Source of the DNA: Luteococcus sp. H101
Lineage (GTDB): Bacteria; Actinomycetota; Actinomycetes; Propionibacteriales; Propionibacteriaceae
Direction of reading: 5' to 3'
Assembly (NCBI RefSeq): GCF_038433155.1
Contig: NZ_JBCDMW010000005.1
Location: 1-60,601 of the forward strand
DNA length: 60,601 nucleotides
The notes beneath the pieces were generated by a model. It was not told where the DNA came from. It was given only the letters and a program-made list of their open reading frames with translations, and searched no databases. Below, in pieces: positions 8,809 through 17,703 of the stretch (the stretch's first letter is position 1; each line of letters starts with the position of its first letter). The translations under genes were made by a program, and so were the position numbers.

Positions 8809-9636
8809 ATGAACAAGCCCTTTGGGCTTTCGGGCGAGCACTACACGCTGGATCGCCCTCCGGCAGTGTTCAGCGTCTTTGAGGTGCGGTACGGCGAGGG
8901 GCGCGAACACATCAACCTCCAGGCGGGTTACGACCTTCAGGAGTTCATGTCCAAAACCTTTCCTGGCGGAACGTGGAAGGTCGAGAAGTCCACGTGGCAG
9001 GAGGCCCAGGTGGAGCTGACGCCCCAAGGGCCCCGCCAGCAGTCCTACTCGGAGGTCGGCGTCCGCCTCACAAGCTCGGAACTCTCCTGCGAGATGACAT
9101 TCTTCCCTTCTAGGGCGGCGGTTCAGGTGAGCCAGTACACGCGCTGGAGTACGTCACTGAAACCACTGGTGAGCGCGGCCGTGCTGGCTGTCGAACAGCT
9201 GCTCAAGCCAGTGGGACGGGATCGTGTGGGGTTGCGATACGTGAACAACTTCCAGGACCAGAAGGCCGTGACACCCGGCTTCTGGGACGGCAAGATCGAG
9301 CCGTCCCTGCTAGGACCAGTAGCTGGCGGCCCGTTCACGGGCCAGCTGCGTGATGCGCAGAGCCAGCTGGTTCTCGACTTGGGAGGTGGCGCCGGCGCAG
9401 TACTACGGCACGGGCTGCTCGCCTCACCTGCCGCGCCTGCAAGCGTGGGCTACCTGCTGGACATCGACACTTTTGACGAGCACAGCGCTAGGTTCGATGC
9501 GGAGGATGTCATCACGCGGGCGGAAGTGCTCAACCGCAACGCAGCCGAACTGTTCCAGAGGAGCCTGACCGAGCGTTTCTCGGTGGCACTCGGCAAGCGC
9601 AAGGTTGAATCGCAGGGGAATGGAGACATGCAATGA
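8809..9636 (+). CDS. TIGR04255-like family protein (uncharacterised)
   Basis: N-terminal PAVFSVFEVRYGEG and the later RVGLRYVNNF match the remembered TIGR04255 signature. Good RBS (aagga). It is the first gene of a three-gene overlapping operon. Confidence 0.45.
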   Translation: MNKPFGLSGEHYTLDRPPAVFSVFEVRYGEGREHINLQAGYDLQEFMSKTFPGGTWKVEKSTWQEAQVELTPQGPRQQSYSEVGVRLTSSELSCEMTFFPSRAAVQVSQYTRWSTSLKPLVSAAVLAVEQLLKPVGRDRVGLRYVNNFQDQKAVTPGFWDGKIEPSLLGPVAGGPFTGQLRDAQSQLVLDLGGGAGAVLRHGLLASPAAPASVGYLLDIDTFDEHSARFDAEDVITRAEVLNRNAAELFQRSLTERFSVALGKRKVESQGNGDMQ

Positions 9637-10313
9637 CCGCTGCAGTGCTGACCCGTACACGAACGGGTAGTTTCCATCCTGACCCCTATGCCGGGTGTGG
9701 GGCCCTGGTCTCCCACACGGGAATCCGCTACGAGTCCGTCCCCGATGTCAATTTCAGCGGCCGGCTCTTGCGCATGGACTTGATCTTCTCCACAACGGGA
9801 GAGACCTGGGTGGGTGAAGCGCCGCCGTCGGAGATCGGCGAGGATGAGGCAATCACGGTCCCTGCCGTGGTCGCCATTGAAGAGGCCGCGCAAGCCCTGG
9901 GGTTGCCCGTCAAGTACCTCCGCGAGGGTGCAGGGATCAGTCCTCGCACGTTCCATCACTGGAAGAAGACGCCGGCTGTGCAGCCGCGTGTATCGAGCCA
10001 AGCCGATGTGTGGGCCCTCATGGACACGCTCGAGACCCTGAAGGATCTCGTGGACGGGGACCTCGGGCTCTGGCTGAGGGCCGACACGGCCCGAATGCGA
10101 TTGCTGCGCGGAGGGGACTTGATGGGCCTCGTACGCGAGGCAACTCGCCGCGAGAGCTTGCGCAGCAACCGGTCTCACTTTGAGGAAGCGATGGCGGTTG
10201 GCTTCTTCGTCGAGCCCAAGGAAGCACCTGGCCCCGTTGGGCCCCGCCCTGTGGTTCGCGCCCGGAGGGCCGCCAGGGGTCGCGTCGTCCCAAGGGAAGG
10301 ACAGGGGGCGTGA
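9633..10313 (+). CDS. hypothetical protein, coupled (ATGA overlap) to the TIGR04255-like gene
   Basis: ORF with ggaga RBS and a 4-nt start/stop overlap with the preceding gene. No domain recognised. Confidence 0.4.
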   Translation: MTAAVLTRTRTGSFHPDPYAGCGALVSHTGIRYESVPDVNFSGRLLRMDLIFSTTGETWVGEAPPSEIGEDEAITVPAVVAIEEAAQALGLPVKYLREGAGISPRTFHHWKKTPAVQPRVSSQADVWALMDTLETLKDLVDGDLGLWLRADTARMRLLRGGDLMGLVREATRRESLRSNRSHFEEAMAVGFFVEPKEAPGPVGPRPVVRARRAARGRVVPREGQGA

Positions 10314-11230
10314 GCCAAGGACACTTTCCCATCGACCGGCTCCATCCCACATTTGATGACTGGACGGACGACCAGGCGCAGGCCCTGGACAAGTGGTATC
10401 AGGGAGCTCTGTGTCCCAGCATTCCCTTGGGGTGGTACGCCCCCAGCGGACTCGATGGAATCACTTCCGTCGAGGGGTTCGACGCGTCGGATTGGCTGTC
10501 GCCTGAGGGAGTGACGGAGGTTCCCGCTGGGGCGATCGTTGTTTCGCAGACGTGTGACATTGTCCTGTCTGGGCCGGGGCGGAGGCATCCCTTCGTCCAA
10601 GTGAGTCCTGTGTGGGTCATGCCGCGAAAGGACCTGAGCCAGCTGGCCGACCTCCAGCGCTGGCGAGTCGTCGACAAGGTGTTGCTCGATCCTCCCGCGG
10701 AAGGGTTCGCCCTGCTTGGCGCCGAACTGGATGACCTTGAATCGGTCGCGGCAATCGCCGACCTGAGGATCTCGATGCCCGTCAGCAAGTCTGTGTTGCT
10801 GGCGCACCAGCCCGTCAAGGCCTTTTGTGGTGATGACGCCGCGCTGAAATTCGCCGGCCACCTGGCAACCAAAGCCGCCCGTCCAGCACTGCCCGACGTC
10901 GTTGCCGTGATGGGGCGCGTCTTGGACGAGGAGATCCGAGGCCTATCCGGTGAGAGGTGGATGAGCAGTGTCGAATCAGTCCGTGTCACCTGCAGCCCGA
11001 GCCGCCAGCATGCCGAGAAGATTCGGCTGCTCGTCCTCCACACCGGCAGCGGCCAGCTACCCGGCGAGGTCTATAGGCATTGGGACAGGCTCTGGAAGCG
11101 CGTCCGTAAGAACAAGCAGGTGAGGGCCTTCCCGGCAATCACCCTGGGAAAGCCGGAGCACCTTCGAGCCCGGGACCTGCTCGCCACGTCCTATCGGGAT
11201 AGCGATGAGCTTCGCCTCCAGCACCTGTAG
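10310..11230 (+). CDS. hypothetical protein, third gene of the operon (GTGA overlap)
   Basis: GTG start overlaps the previous stop. 306 aa with no recognised domain. Confidence 0.4.
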   Translation: MSQGHFPIDRLHPTFDDWTDDQAQALDKWYQGALCPSIPLGWYAPSGLDGITSVEGFDASDWLSPEGVTEVPAGAIVVSQTCDIVLSGPGRRHPFVQVSPVWVMPRKDLSQLADLQRWRVVDKVLLDPPAEGFALLGAELDDLESVAAIADLRISMPVSKSVLLAHQPVKAFCGDDAALKFAGHLATKAARPALPDVVAVMGRVLDEEIRGLSGERWMSSVESVRVTCSPSRQHAEKIRLLVLHTGSGQLPGEVYRHWDRLWKRVRKNKQVRAFPAITLGKPEHLRARDLLATSYRDSDELRLQHL

Positions 11231-11309
11231 CGAGACCGTGCAGTCGAGTGCGCTAGGCACGTTCACGCAATGCCCATCCCTGTCGCCGTTCGTGCTCTAG
11301 GCTTCAGAC

Positions 11310-12557
11310 ATGAGCGACCTAGAAGATATCGGCTTCGACCACGATCAAGTTCAGGAGGAAGGCGAACCCTCCAGTAGCTCATGGCTTGACGAGCCTTCCG
11401 AGCCGGACGATGAGGTACGCGTCGACGAGTATGACATCGTCTCATCCCCCAATGACTGGAACTGCCTGACGATCACGTCCTTCATCGACTCTGGTGCCGT
11501 CAAGATTCCCAACTTCCAGAGAAACTACGTCTGGGACCAGAAGCGGGCATCCAAACTCATCGAGTCACTCCTTTTGGGCCTGCCGATCCCGCAGGTATTC
11601 CTCTACGAGGAGGCCCGGAACTCGTTCCTGGTCATTGATGGCCAGCAGCGCCTGCTCACGCTGTACTTCTACATGAAGGGCAGGTTCCCGAAGACATCTA
11701 GCCGGGCTGCAGTGCGGCATCTGCTCCAAGGGGGTCAGGGGATCGACCAGGCAAAACTTGCAGACGATGACCTCTTCGAGGATTTCAAGCTGAAGTTGCC
11801 GAGCCGGACTGACGGGTCAAGGAACAAGTTCCACGGGAAGAAGTACTTGGGGCTCGAGGACTACAAGTCGACGCTGGACCTTCGCACCATCCGCAACATC
11901 GTCGTCAAGCAGACCACGCCAGAGGGCGATGCTGCGATGTTCGAGATCTTCAACCGCCTGAACTCGCAAGGCGTGAACCTGACCCCCCAAGAGATTCGAG
12001 CAAGCCTCTTCCACTCCAAGCTGATGCAATCGGTCATCGGCATGAACGAAGATCATGGCTGGCGAACCGTCTTGGGGCTGAAGACGCCCGACCCGCGCAT
12101 GAAGGACACGGAAGTACTCCTGCGCTCCTTGGCCCTGGCCCGGGATCTCAACTCCTACTCGGGCACGATGGCTAACTTCATCAACCGGTTCGCGGGTAGC
12201 GCCAAGCGCTACAGTGACGCTCAGGCAGACGATGCAATCGCGGACCTGCGCTCCTTTATTGGTGCCGTAGCAGCAGTCGGCCATCCGGAAGCACCGGAGG
12301 CTTTCCGACGTGGTGGAAAGTTCAGCGGCATCCTCTTCGAGTCAGTCTTTGCGGCTTGGGTTCAGCTCGGAAAGCAAGCAGATGGGGAACAAGTCGTCCA
12401 AGTAGCCAAGCAGGTACGAGAACACAACACGTTTGCGGACAGCCTGCAGGAGGGGTCGACGAAGTCGGTCAATGTCAAGAAGCGGATCAATCTTGCCAAG
12501 GCGTACTTCCAGGGGGAGGAACCCGAAGAGGACAAGAACCCGGAGGCTGAGGAGTGA
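11310..12557 (+). CDS. DUF262 (ParB/Srx-like, DGQQR motif) domain protein, GmrSD N-terminal-domain-like
   Basis: FQRNYVWDQKRASKLIESLLLGLPIPQVFLYE...LVIDGQQRLLTL is the canonical DUF262 signature. There is no DUF1524/HNH C-terminal part. Local GC is visibly lower than the host average. Confidence 0.75.
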   Translation: MSDLEDIGFDHDQVQEEGEPSSSSWLDEPSEPDDEVRVDEYDIVSSPNDWNCLTITSFIDSGAVKIPNFQRNYVWDQKRASKLIESLLLGLPIPQVFLYEEARNSFLVIDGQQRLLTLYFYMKGRFPKTSSRAAVRHLLQGGQGIDQAKLADDDLFEDFKLKLPSRTDGSRNKFHGKKYLGLEDYKSTLDLRTIRNIVVKQTTPEGDAAMFEIFNRLNSQGVNLTPQEIRASLFHSKLMQSVIGMNEDHGWRTVLGLKTPDPRMKDTEVLLRSLALARDLNSYSGTMANFINRFAGSAKRYSDAQADDAIADLRSFIGAVAAVGHPEAPEAFRRGGKFSGILFESVFAAWVQLGKQADGEQVVQVAKQVREHNTFADSLQEGSTKSVNVKKRINLAKAYFQGEEPEEDKNPEAEE

Positions 12558-13090
12558 GTGCAGAGGGGACGCCGGCGGCAGTGGCGTCGCTTAGCGATGA
12601 CATCGCTTACATGGAAGTGCTCTTGTCCGCGGACCCCTCGGCGTTGGCAGCCTTGGGCAGGATCGCCCCCAAGGTGCTCCTCATCGCTGCCGCCAGTGCC
12701 CTGGAGGACCAAGTCAAGGAGGAACTGCAGCGACTTGCCCGGGCTCATGGTCACGCTGAGTTGGCCGAGTGCGTGACCCGGGGAATCCTGGCGAGGGGCT
12801 ATCACACGTTGTTCGAGTGGGATAAGACGAATGCCAACAGGTTCTTTGCCCTGTTTGGTCCGGACGCCAAGGAACGGTGCCAAGCGGCTGTGGGAGCAGA
12901 TGAGGCCCTCGATCGCTCGGTGCGGGCCTTTCTTGAGCTCGGCAGGTTGCGTAACAACCTGGTGCACAACAACTACGTGACGTTCGAGGTGCCAAAGACC
13001 GTGCTGGACATCGTGGAACTCTACGAGGCAGCACGAGTCTTCCCCACGAGATTCGGTGAACTCCTTTTCCTGAATCCCCAAGCAGCATGA
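12554..13090 (+). CDS. HEPN-like protein (Rx4H motif RLRNNLVH), overlapping the DUF262 gene stop
   Basis: GTG start overlaps the upstream TGA. The C-terminal LELGRLRNNLVHNNY fits the HEPN R-x4-6-H motif. Confidence 0.5.
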   Translation: MSAEGTPAAVASLSDDIAYMEVLLSADPSALAALGRIAPKVLLIAAASALEDQVKEELQRLARAHGHAELAECVTRGILARGYHTLFEWDKTNANRFFALFGPDAKERCQAAVGADEALDRSVRAFLELGRLRNNLVHNNYVTFEVPKTVLDIVELYEAARVFPTRFGELLFLNPQAA

Positions 13091-13111
13091 CCCCAGAGGC
13101 ACAATGGGGAC

Positions 13112-13336
13112 ATGGGCCACCTGATCGACTTCCCCGGACACCTTCAGGAGCCCTTGGGCATCTTCCGGGCGGTGTCGTCCCGCGATGGTGTGGCATGCGA
13201 GCGGGACGGCCAGGTCTACGTGGCCATGAACATGCTCGGTTCCAGCAGCGGCCGGGCAGTGGCAGAAGTCCAGTTCAGCGACGGCGTGTGGATCCTCGCG
13301 GACCCGGAACACGACCTGTTCCCGTTGGATCCGTAG
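13112..13336 (+). CDS. small hypothetical protein
   Basis: 74-aa ORF in an otherwise empty gap. No domain. Confidence 0.2.
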   Translation: MGHLIDFPGHLQEPLGIFRAVSSRDGVACERDGQVYVAMNMLGSSSGRAVAEVQFSDGVWILADPEHDLFPLDP

Positions 13337-13367
13337 AACTGTCAGTGCCGTCCGCCACGATGGCGCC

Positions 13368-13628
13368 ATGTCTTCCCGCATTCGCTCCGACTTCGGCACG
13401 CTGGCTGACCGTGCCCGCGGGATGCAGGAGACCAAGGCCACGGTCCCGGGCCATGCCTGGGCGAAGTTCGGTGATGGCTGGCGGCCGGTGCTGCTGGTGC
13501 GCTGGATCCGGAACCTCGACGGCACCTGGGCCGGTGAGGTCGCGGCTGTCGACGACACCGGCCAGGCCGGTCTGTTCGTCATCGCCGGCAGCCTGCTGCG
13601 CGCAGATGCGCCTGTGGGCGAACAGTGA
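13368..13628 (+). CDS. small hypothetical protein
   Basis: 86-aa ORF. A short GC hairpin (ccggg-ggaa-cccgg, ~13667-13682) follows it, before the convergent gene. Confidence 0.2.
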   Translation: MSSRIRSDFGTLADRARGMQETKATVPGHAWAKFGDGWRPVLLVRWIRNLDGTWAGEVAAVDDTGQAGLFVIAGSLLRADAPVGEQ

Positions 13629-13715
13629 GCTTCGGAATGACGCTCCCAGAACATGACGAGCGGCAGCCCGGGGGAACCCGGACCGCCGCTCGTGAGATGC
13701 GGTGTGCTCAGTGCG

Positions 13716-14885
13716 TCACTTCTTCTTGGTGAACTTGGCGAAGTCATCCTTCTCGTACAGCCCGGCGGCGCGGGCGGCGGTCACGTAGGTGTACTGGCGC
13801 TCGCCCACCTGGGAAGCGGGGTCGGGTCGCTCTCCGCCGCCGGCCGTGTCCACGTTCAGTTCCCAGCCGTAGCGATCAGCAAGCGCGAGGGTCGTTGTGG
13901 TGGCACGAGGCAGATGCTGGATGGTGCCCACGAGCAGGACGTCGTGGATGTCGTACTGCTGGAAGATCCGCACCATGCCCATGGCGTTGCCAACGGTGTC
14001 CCGCGCACGGTCGTCCTTGATGATGCGACCCGCATTGACACCTTGCTCGACGAGCCACTTCTCCATGACGTCAGCCTCTGCGTAGGGCGTCTTGACAGCA
14101 GCGCCCGACAGGACGATCCACGCGTCCGGGTAACGCTCAGCCATCTCCTTGGTCTTCTCAAGCCGTGTGAGCAGGCCAGCCGACGGGGTGCCGTCGCTCT
14201 TGGGGGACTGGCCAAAGACCGCAATGGCTTCCGGCTTCATGTCGGTCTGCGGCTGGGAGCCGTAGTTGGCGTACATGGTGGTCTCCGCGAAACGCAGGAA
14301 GGACTTCATCTCCTTGGCTGCCTTCGGGGAAGTCTTGGCCAGGTGCGCCATGCGGCACCGGTAGTCGGGCCGGTTGCCCAAGTAGTACTGGATCATGCTC
14401 GTCGTGGCGAGGGCATGGACATCCTTGGGCTGACGACGCAACACCTGGTCGAGCTGGGAAAGGGCCTCGCTGTAGGTGGCGTTGACCTGGTACGCGTCGG
14501 CCTGCAGGCGGTAGGTGTCCAGGAAGTCAGGCTTGGACTTCGCCTTCGTATCGAGGCTCGAGTACATGGCGTTCCATTGCCAGCGTCGGTACTGGATCAC
14601 CTCGGCGTGAAGGAACGGGTCACGGACGTAGGACCGGGCGTAGTCGGGCTGCTGACCGTCCATTGCCTCGCCTCGTCCATCTGCCTTGGCCTTGGGGGCA
14701 GGCAGCGGGTCTTGCAGCTGGATCTTGCACGAGGCGTTGACCTTCACATTGGTCGGTTCCTTCGCCACCTTCGGCAAGACGGGAGCGGGACGATCCTTCG
14801 CAGCCATGACCGGCGGCGTGGAGAGCAGTGGCGCGGCAACGGCGCCAACCAGCACGGTGGAGGCGAGGGTTCGCTTCAAACGCAT
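13716..14885 (-). CDS. secreted DUF218 (YdcF/SanA-like) domain protein
   Basis: Signal peptide MRLKRTLASTVLVGAVAAPLLSTPPVMAA. DUF218-like core AWIVLSGAAV...GRIIKDDRARDTVGNA...LLVGTIQHLPRA. Start at ATG 14885 with a gagagga RBS. Confidence 0.6.
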   Translation of the reverse strand: MRLKRTLASTVLVGAVAAPLLSTPPVMAAKDRPAPVLPKVAKEPTNVKVNASCKIQLQDPLPAPKAKADGRGEAMDGQQPDYARSYVRDPFLHAEVIQYRRWQWNAMYSSLDTKAKSKPDFLDTYRLQADAYQVNATYSEALSQLDQVLRRQPKDVHALATTSMIQYYLGNRPDYRCRMAHLAKTSPKAAKEMKSFLRFAETTMYANYGSQPQTDMKPEAIAVFGQSPKSDGTPSAGLLTRLEKTKEMAERYPDAWIVLSGAAVKTPYAEADVMEKWLVEQGVNAGRIIKDDRARDTVGNAMGMVRIFQQYDIHDVLLVGTIQHLPRATTTTLALADRYGWELNVDTAGGGERPDPASQVGERQYTYVTAARAAGLYEKDDFAKFTKKK

Positions 14886-15018
14886 GGGGGTTCCTCTCGA
14901 AGTCAAGTGTGGGGACTTCTCCCACCCTCGTACTTCGGCATGAACTGCCACCCAACCGTGGAGCAACATGCGGCGAACTTCACGCTCCCCAGTACGCCGC
15001 CGGGGGCGACCAAGCCCG

Positions 15019-15204
15019 TCAGTCCAAACCTCTGGCCGACCGTGCGTGCACCCGCACGCTCCAACCCTGGGGCGGCCTGGCTTCCGGGCGCTTGGATGGT
15101 GGTTTTGGGATGGTCGGGACCTCTGCTCCCATGGCGCGCAGGATCGCAACAGCCTTCTGACGTTCTGCCAGCGTGTACGCCGGCGTGGTGTCCTTGGCGG
15201 TCAT
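15019..15204 (-). CDS. small hypothetical protein coupled to the upstream HTH gene
   Basis: 62 aa (MTAKDTTPAYTLAERQKAVAILRAMG...). GGAGG RBS, and ATGA overlap with the stop of the 15201..15902 gene. Confidence 0.3.
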   Translation of the reverse strand: MTAKDTTPAYTLAERQKAVAILRAMGAEVPTIPKPPSKRPEARPPQGWSVRVHARSARGLD

Positions 15205-15902
15205 GGCGTGCCTCCTTGGTGCGCTGCCCTCAGGATCTGGGGCCAGGTGCCGAACCTCTTGCGCACCAGCGTGCCCGACGGGGCACCGGCCTGGGCGGAA
15301 AGCCACGATTCCAGGCCAGTGATGGTCCACGGACCGGGCGTCTCCAAGTAGCGGCAAACCCACCGGGCGAGGTCCCCGTCGCTGAACTGGCGTGTCCGGC
15401 CGCCGGACCGAACGGTCACGCCCACGGATTGCAAGGCTGCTGCCCAGGTGCCGTGCCGGCGCAGGACGGTGGCCAGGGAAGGCCAGTCCCGGCCTGCCCG
15501 CAGTGCCGTGAACTGGGCCATGCTGGGCGTGTCCGTGAGAGCCACGAACTCACGCAAGGCGTCCTCGATGGCCTCGTCCGGGGTGGCCTTGGCCCGCCGT
15601 GGTGGCCGGTGCAGCGCTGCCCGGTCCCCGAGGATCGATCGAAGCTCGCTGGTGTTGCAGCCCAGGCCCGACTGGTTAAGCGGGACACCGGGGTTGGCAG
15701 CGGACCAGGTCAACGCGCGGCGTTCGAGATCCTCACGGGCTTGCTGGATGCGCCGTTCCCGTTCGGCGCGCAGGGCGGGCGTGAGGGCCAGGATGTCGTA
15801 GACGCGGGTTGGTGACAGGCGGTGCTGCCGCGCGATGCGGGTGACGCGCTCGCCCGACAGCCACGCCTCGAGGATGGCACGGTCCCGGGCGGCACTGGTC
15901 AC
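15201..15902 (-). CDS. helix-turn-helix DNA-binding protein
   Basis: N-terminal ILEAWLSGERVTRIARQHRLSPTRVYDIL HTH. GTG start. Lies downstream of the FRG gene on the same strand. Confidence 0.45.
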   Translation of the reverse strand: MTSAARDRAILEAWLSGERVTRIARQHRLSPTRVYDILALTPALRAERERRIQQAREDLERRALTWSAANPGVPLNQSGLGCNTSELRSILGDRAALHRPPRRAKATPDEAIEDALREFVALTDTPSMAQFTALRAGRDWPSLATVLRRHGTWAAALQSVGVTVRSGGRTRQFSDGDLARWVCRYLETPGPWTITGLESWLSAQAGAPSGTLVRKRFGTWPQILRAAHQGGTP

Positions 15903-15930
15903 AGGCCCAGCGTAGGAGGCGGCAGGCAGG

Positions 15931-16926
15931 TTAGTTGGTGATCATGCCGGCGTAGTCCGTGTCTGCGACCGCTGGGATCGCCTCGGCGATGGTTTCTGGT
16001 TGCTGCCAGTCAGGAGTGAAATCCACGGTGACATCCCTTTGAGCCAAGGCCAGGGCGAAGCCCGCGAGATCCGGGTACAAGGTCTGGTGCGACTTGCCCA
16101 TCGCCTTCAGCACCTCCAGCAGTCGCCCCTTCCATGCTGCGGGAATGATGGCGGCGGCGAAGCGCGGGGCACTCTCGTCGAGGTTGACCGACGCATCGTG
16201 GAGGAGGGCGTTGAGGTCCGCTGGTTTCGCATGGAGGCCGAAGGCCAGGCAATCCGTGACCGCAGCCCATGGTGCCGCGGGCACCAGTCCGTCAGGCAGC
16301 ATCCCGATGAGGAAGGCTCCCTGCTGGGCTGTCATGCGCGCGTCGCGGATCGTGGGGACCAGAACGACAGGATGGGTGTCGGCCATCTCCAAAATCCGCT
16401 TCAACGCATTGCGGAGAGGATCTCCCACATCGTCCCAGGTCCCCCACGGGCGCTCATGGGTCTCCTTGCTGTACTCAGCGTCGACAGCGAACAGGATGCC
16501 GTCCCGGTCGGGAAGATCACTGCAGGCGAACCACAAGGCCGTGAACGGGTCCCGGCTGACGTCGATGAGGCGGGTGGGCACGCCGTGGTGCTGCATCTGG
16601 GCCAGGAGTTGCAGGTCCGGGATGTGGCTCGCGCCCATCGTCCCCAGCCCCCAGTTGCGTGCTTGCTCGATCAATGCGCGCTCAGCCTTCTCCAGCGGGA
16701 TCGTGTCCGCCAGGCCGTTCGTTCGCAGGTGTCGCTGCAGGCTGGATTCCAGCTTCCAGGCAGCGTCGGCCTGTCCACGCCAGACGTAGCCGCCAACAGC
16801 GGGACCGAGCTGGGTCAGCCGCATCGTGAAAGCCAATATCTGGTCGATCGATTCGGGCTGCACCGCCCAGCCGTCACGAACCCACTGCGCTGGCTGCAGC
16901 CCGTGAGCTGTCGGGGGCATGTTCAT
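15931..16926 (-). CDS. FRG-domain protein
   Basis: YVWRGQADAAWKLESSLQR and QHHGVPTRLIDVSRDPFTALWFAC correspond to the FRG domain signature. Confidence 0.65.
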   Translation of the reverse strand: MNMPPTAHGLQPAQWVRDGWAVQPESIDQILAFTMRLTQLGPAVGGYVWRGQADAAWKLESSLQRHLRTNGLADTIPLEKAERALIEQARNWGLGTMGASHIPDLQLLAQMQHHGVPTRLIDVSRDPFTALWFACSDLPDRDGILFAVDAEYSKETHERPWGTWDDVGDPLRNALKRILEMADTHPVVLVPTIRDARMTAQQGAFLIGMLPDGLVPAAPWAAVTDCLAFGLHAKPADLNALLHDASVNLDESAPRFAAAIIPAAWKGRLLEVLKAMGKSHQTLYPDLAGFALALAQRDVTVDFTPDWQQPETIAEAIPAVADTDYAGMITN

Positions 16927-17013
16927 GACAGAAGGTTAGTTGCTCCCTGATGTCCTGCTGTGGCAAGCGACTTTCGCACCCCGGAACCCCTGCCTCACTG
17001 AGACGATCCGGTC

Positions 17014-17682
17014 ATGCCCCGAACCCTCCCCTTCGTCATCGCGGGTGCTGCCACCGCAGGCATTGCGATCGGTGCCCTGACGATGACGGCCCTTAACCCC
17101 AAGCCCCTCGGCTACGTCGCGCCGGCACCGCCCGCCGTGAGTCCCAGCGCCACCCCATCCGAGACACCCTCGCCGAGCCCGACGCCGGCACCCGCCACGA
17201 GCCAGCCGGCCTCGGCATTGGCATCAGACGAGCCCACCCAGACGGCCACCGCAAAGCCCACGGCGCAGCAGACCATGCCTCGCATGATGGGTGCCCGCGA
17301 GGACGAGGCCGTCGCGCTGTTCCGTGATCTCGGTGTGCGCAACGTCTCGATCGTCGACGTGACCACGAGTGACGCGGACCAGGACGGCTTGGTGCAGTGG
17401 CAGGATCCTGGCCACCACATGCCGATAGGCCCCGAAACCAGGGTCAGGCTGGGGGTTGGCCGCTGGGCCGGTACCGACGAGAGCCACATCACCCGCGCAC
17501 CCACGCCAGCCACAACCAGCCAGCCCACCGTTGATGCCACCGAGGGTGTCACGGACGAGAGCGACGCCAAGCAGGACGTGGTGTGGTCACCGGTCCTGCC
17601 GGAGGGCGAAGCCAACCAACAGCCCTGCCAGCCGCCAGCGGTGTACGTGCCGGAGAAGAACGCCTGCGCCACGTACCGGTGA
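17014..17682 (+). CDS. membrane-anchored PASTA-domain protein with Pro/Thr/Ser-rich linker
   Basis: N-terminal TM, low-complexity linker, then a PASTA-like MMGAREDEAVALFRDLGVRNVSIVDV segment. Confidence 0.5.
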   Translation: MPRTLPFVIAGAATAGIAIGALTMTALNPKPLGYVAPAPPAVSPSATPSETPSPSPTPAPATSQPASALASDEPTQTATAKPTAQQTMPRMMGAREDEAVALFRDLGVRNVSIVDVTTSDADQDGLVQWQDPGHHMPIGPETRVRLGVGRWAGTDESHITRAPTPATTSQPTVDATEGVTDESDAKQDVVWSPVLPEGEANQQPCQPPAVYVPEKNACATYR

Positions 17683-17703
17683 AGCCCAGCAGTCTGACAG
17701 GAC

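Noticed and set aside
13653-15815. 720-aa plus-strand ORF spanning the DUF218 and HTH genes
   Set aside because: Antisense to two supported minus-strand genes. Gly/Arg/Pro-rich translation typical of high-GC frame artefacts.
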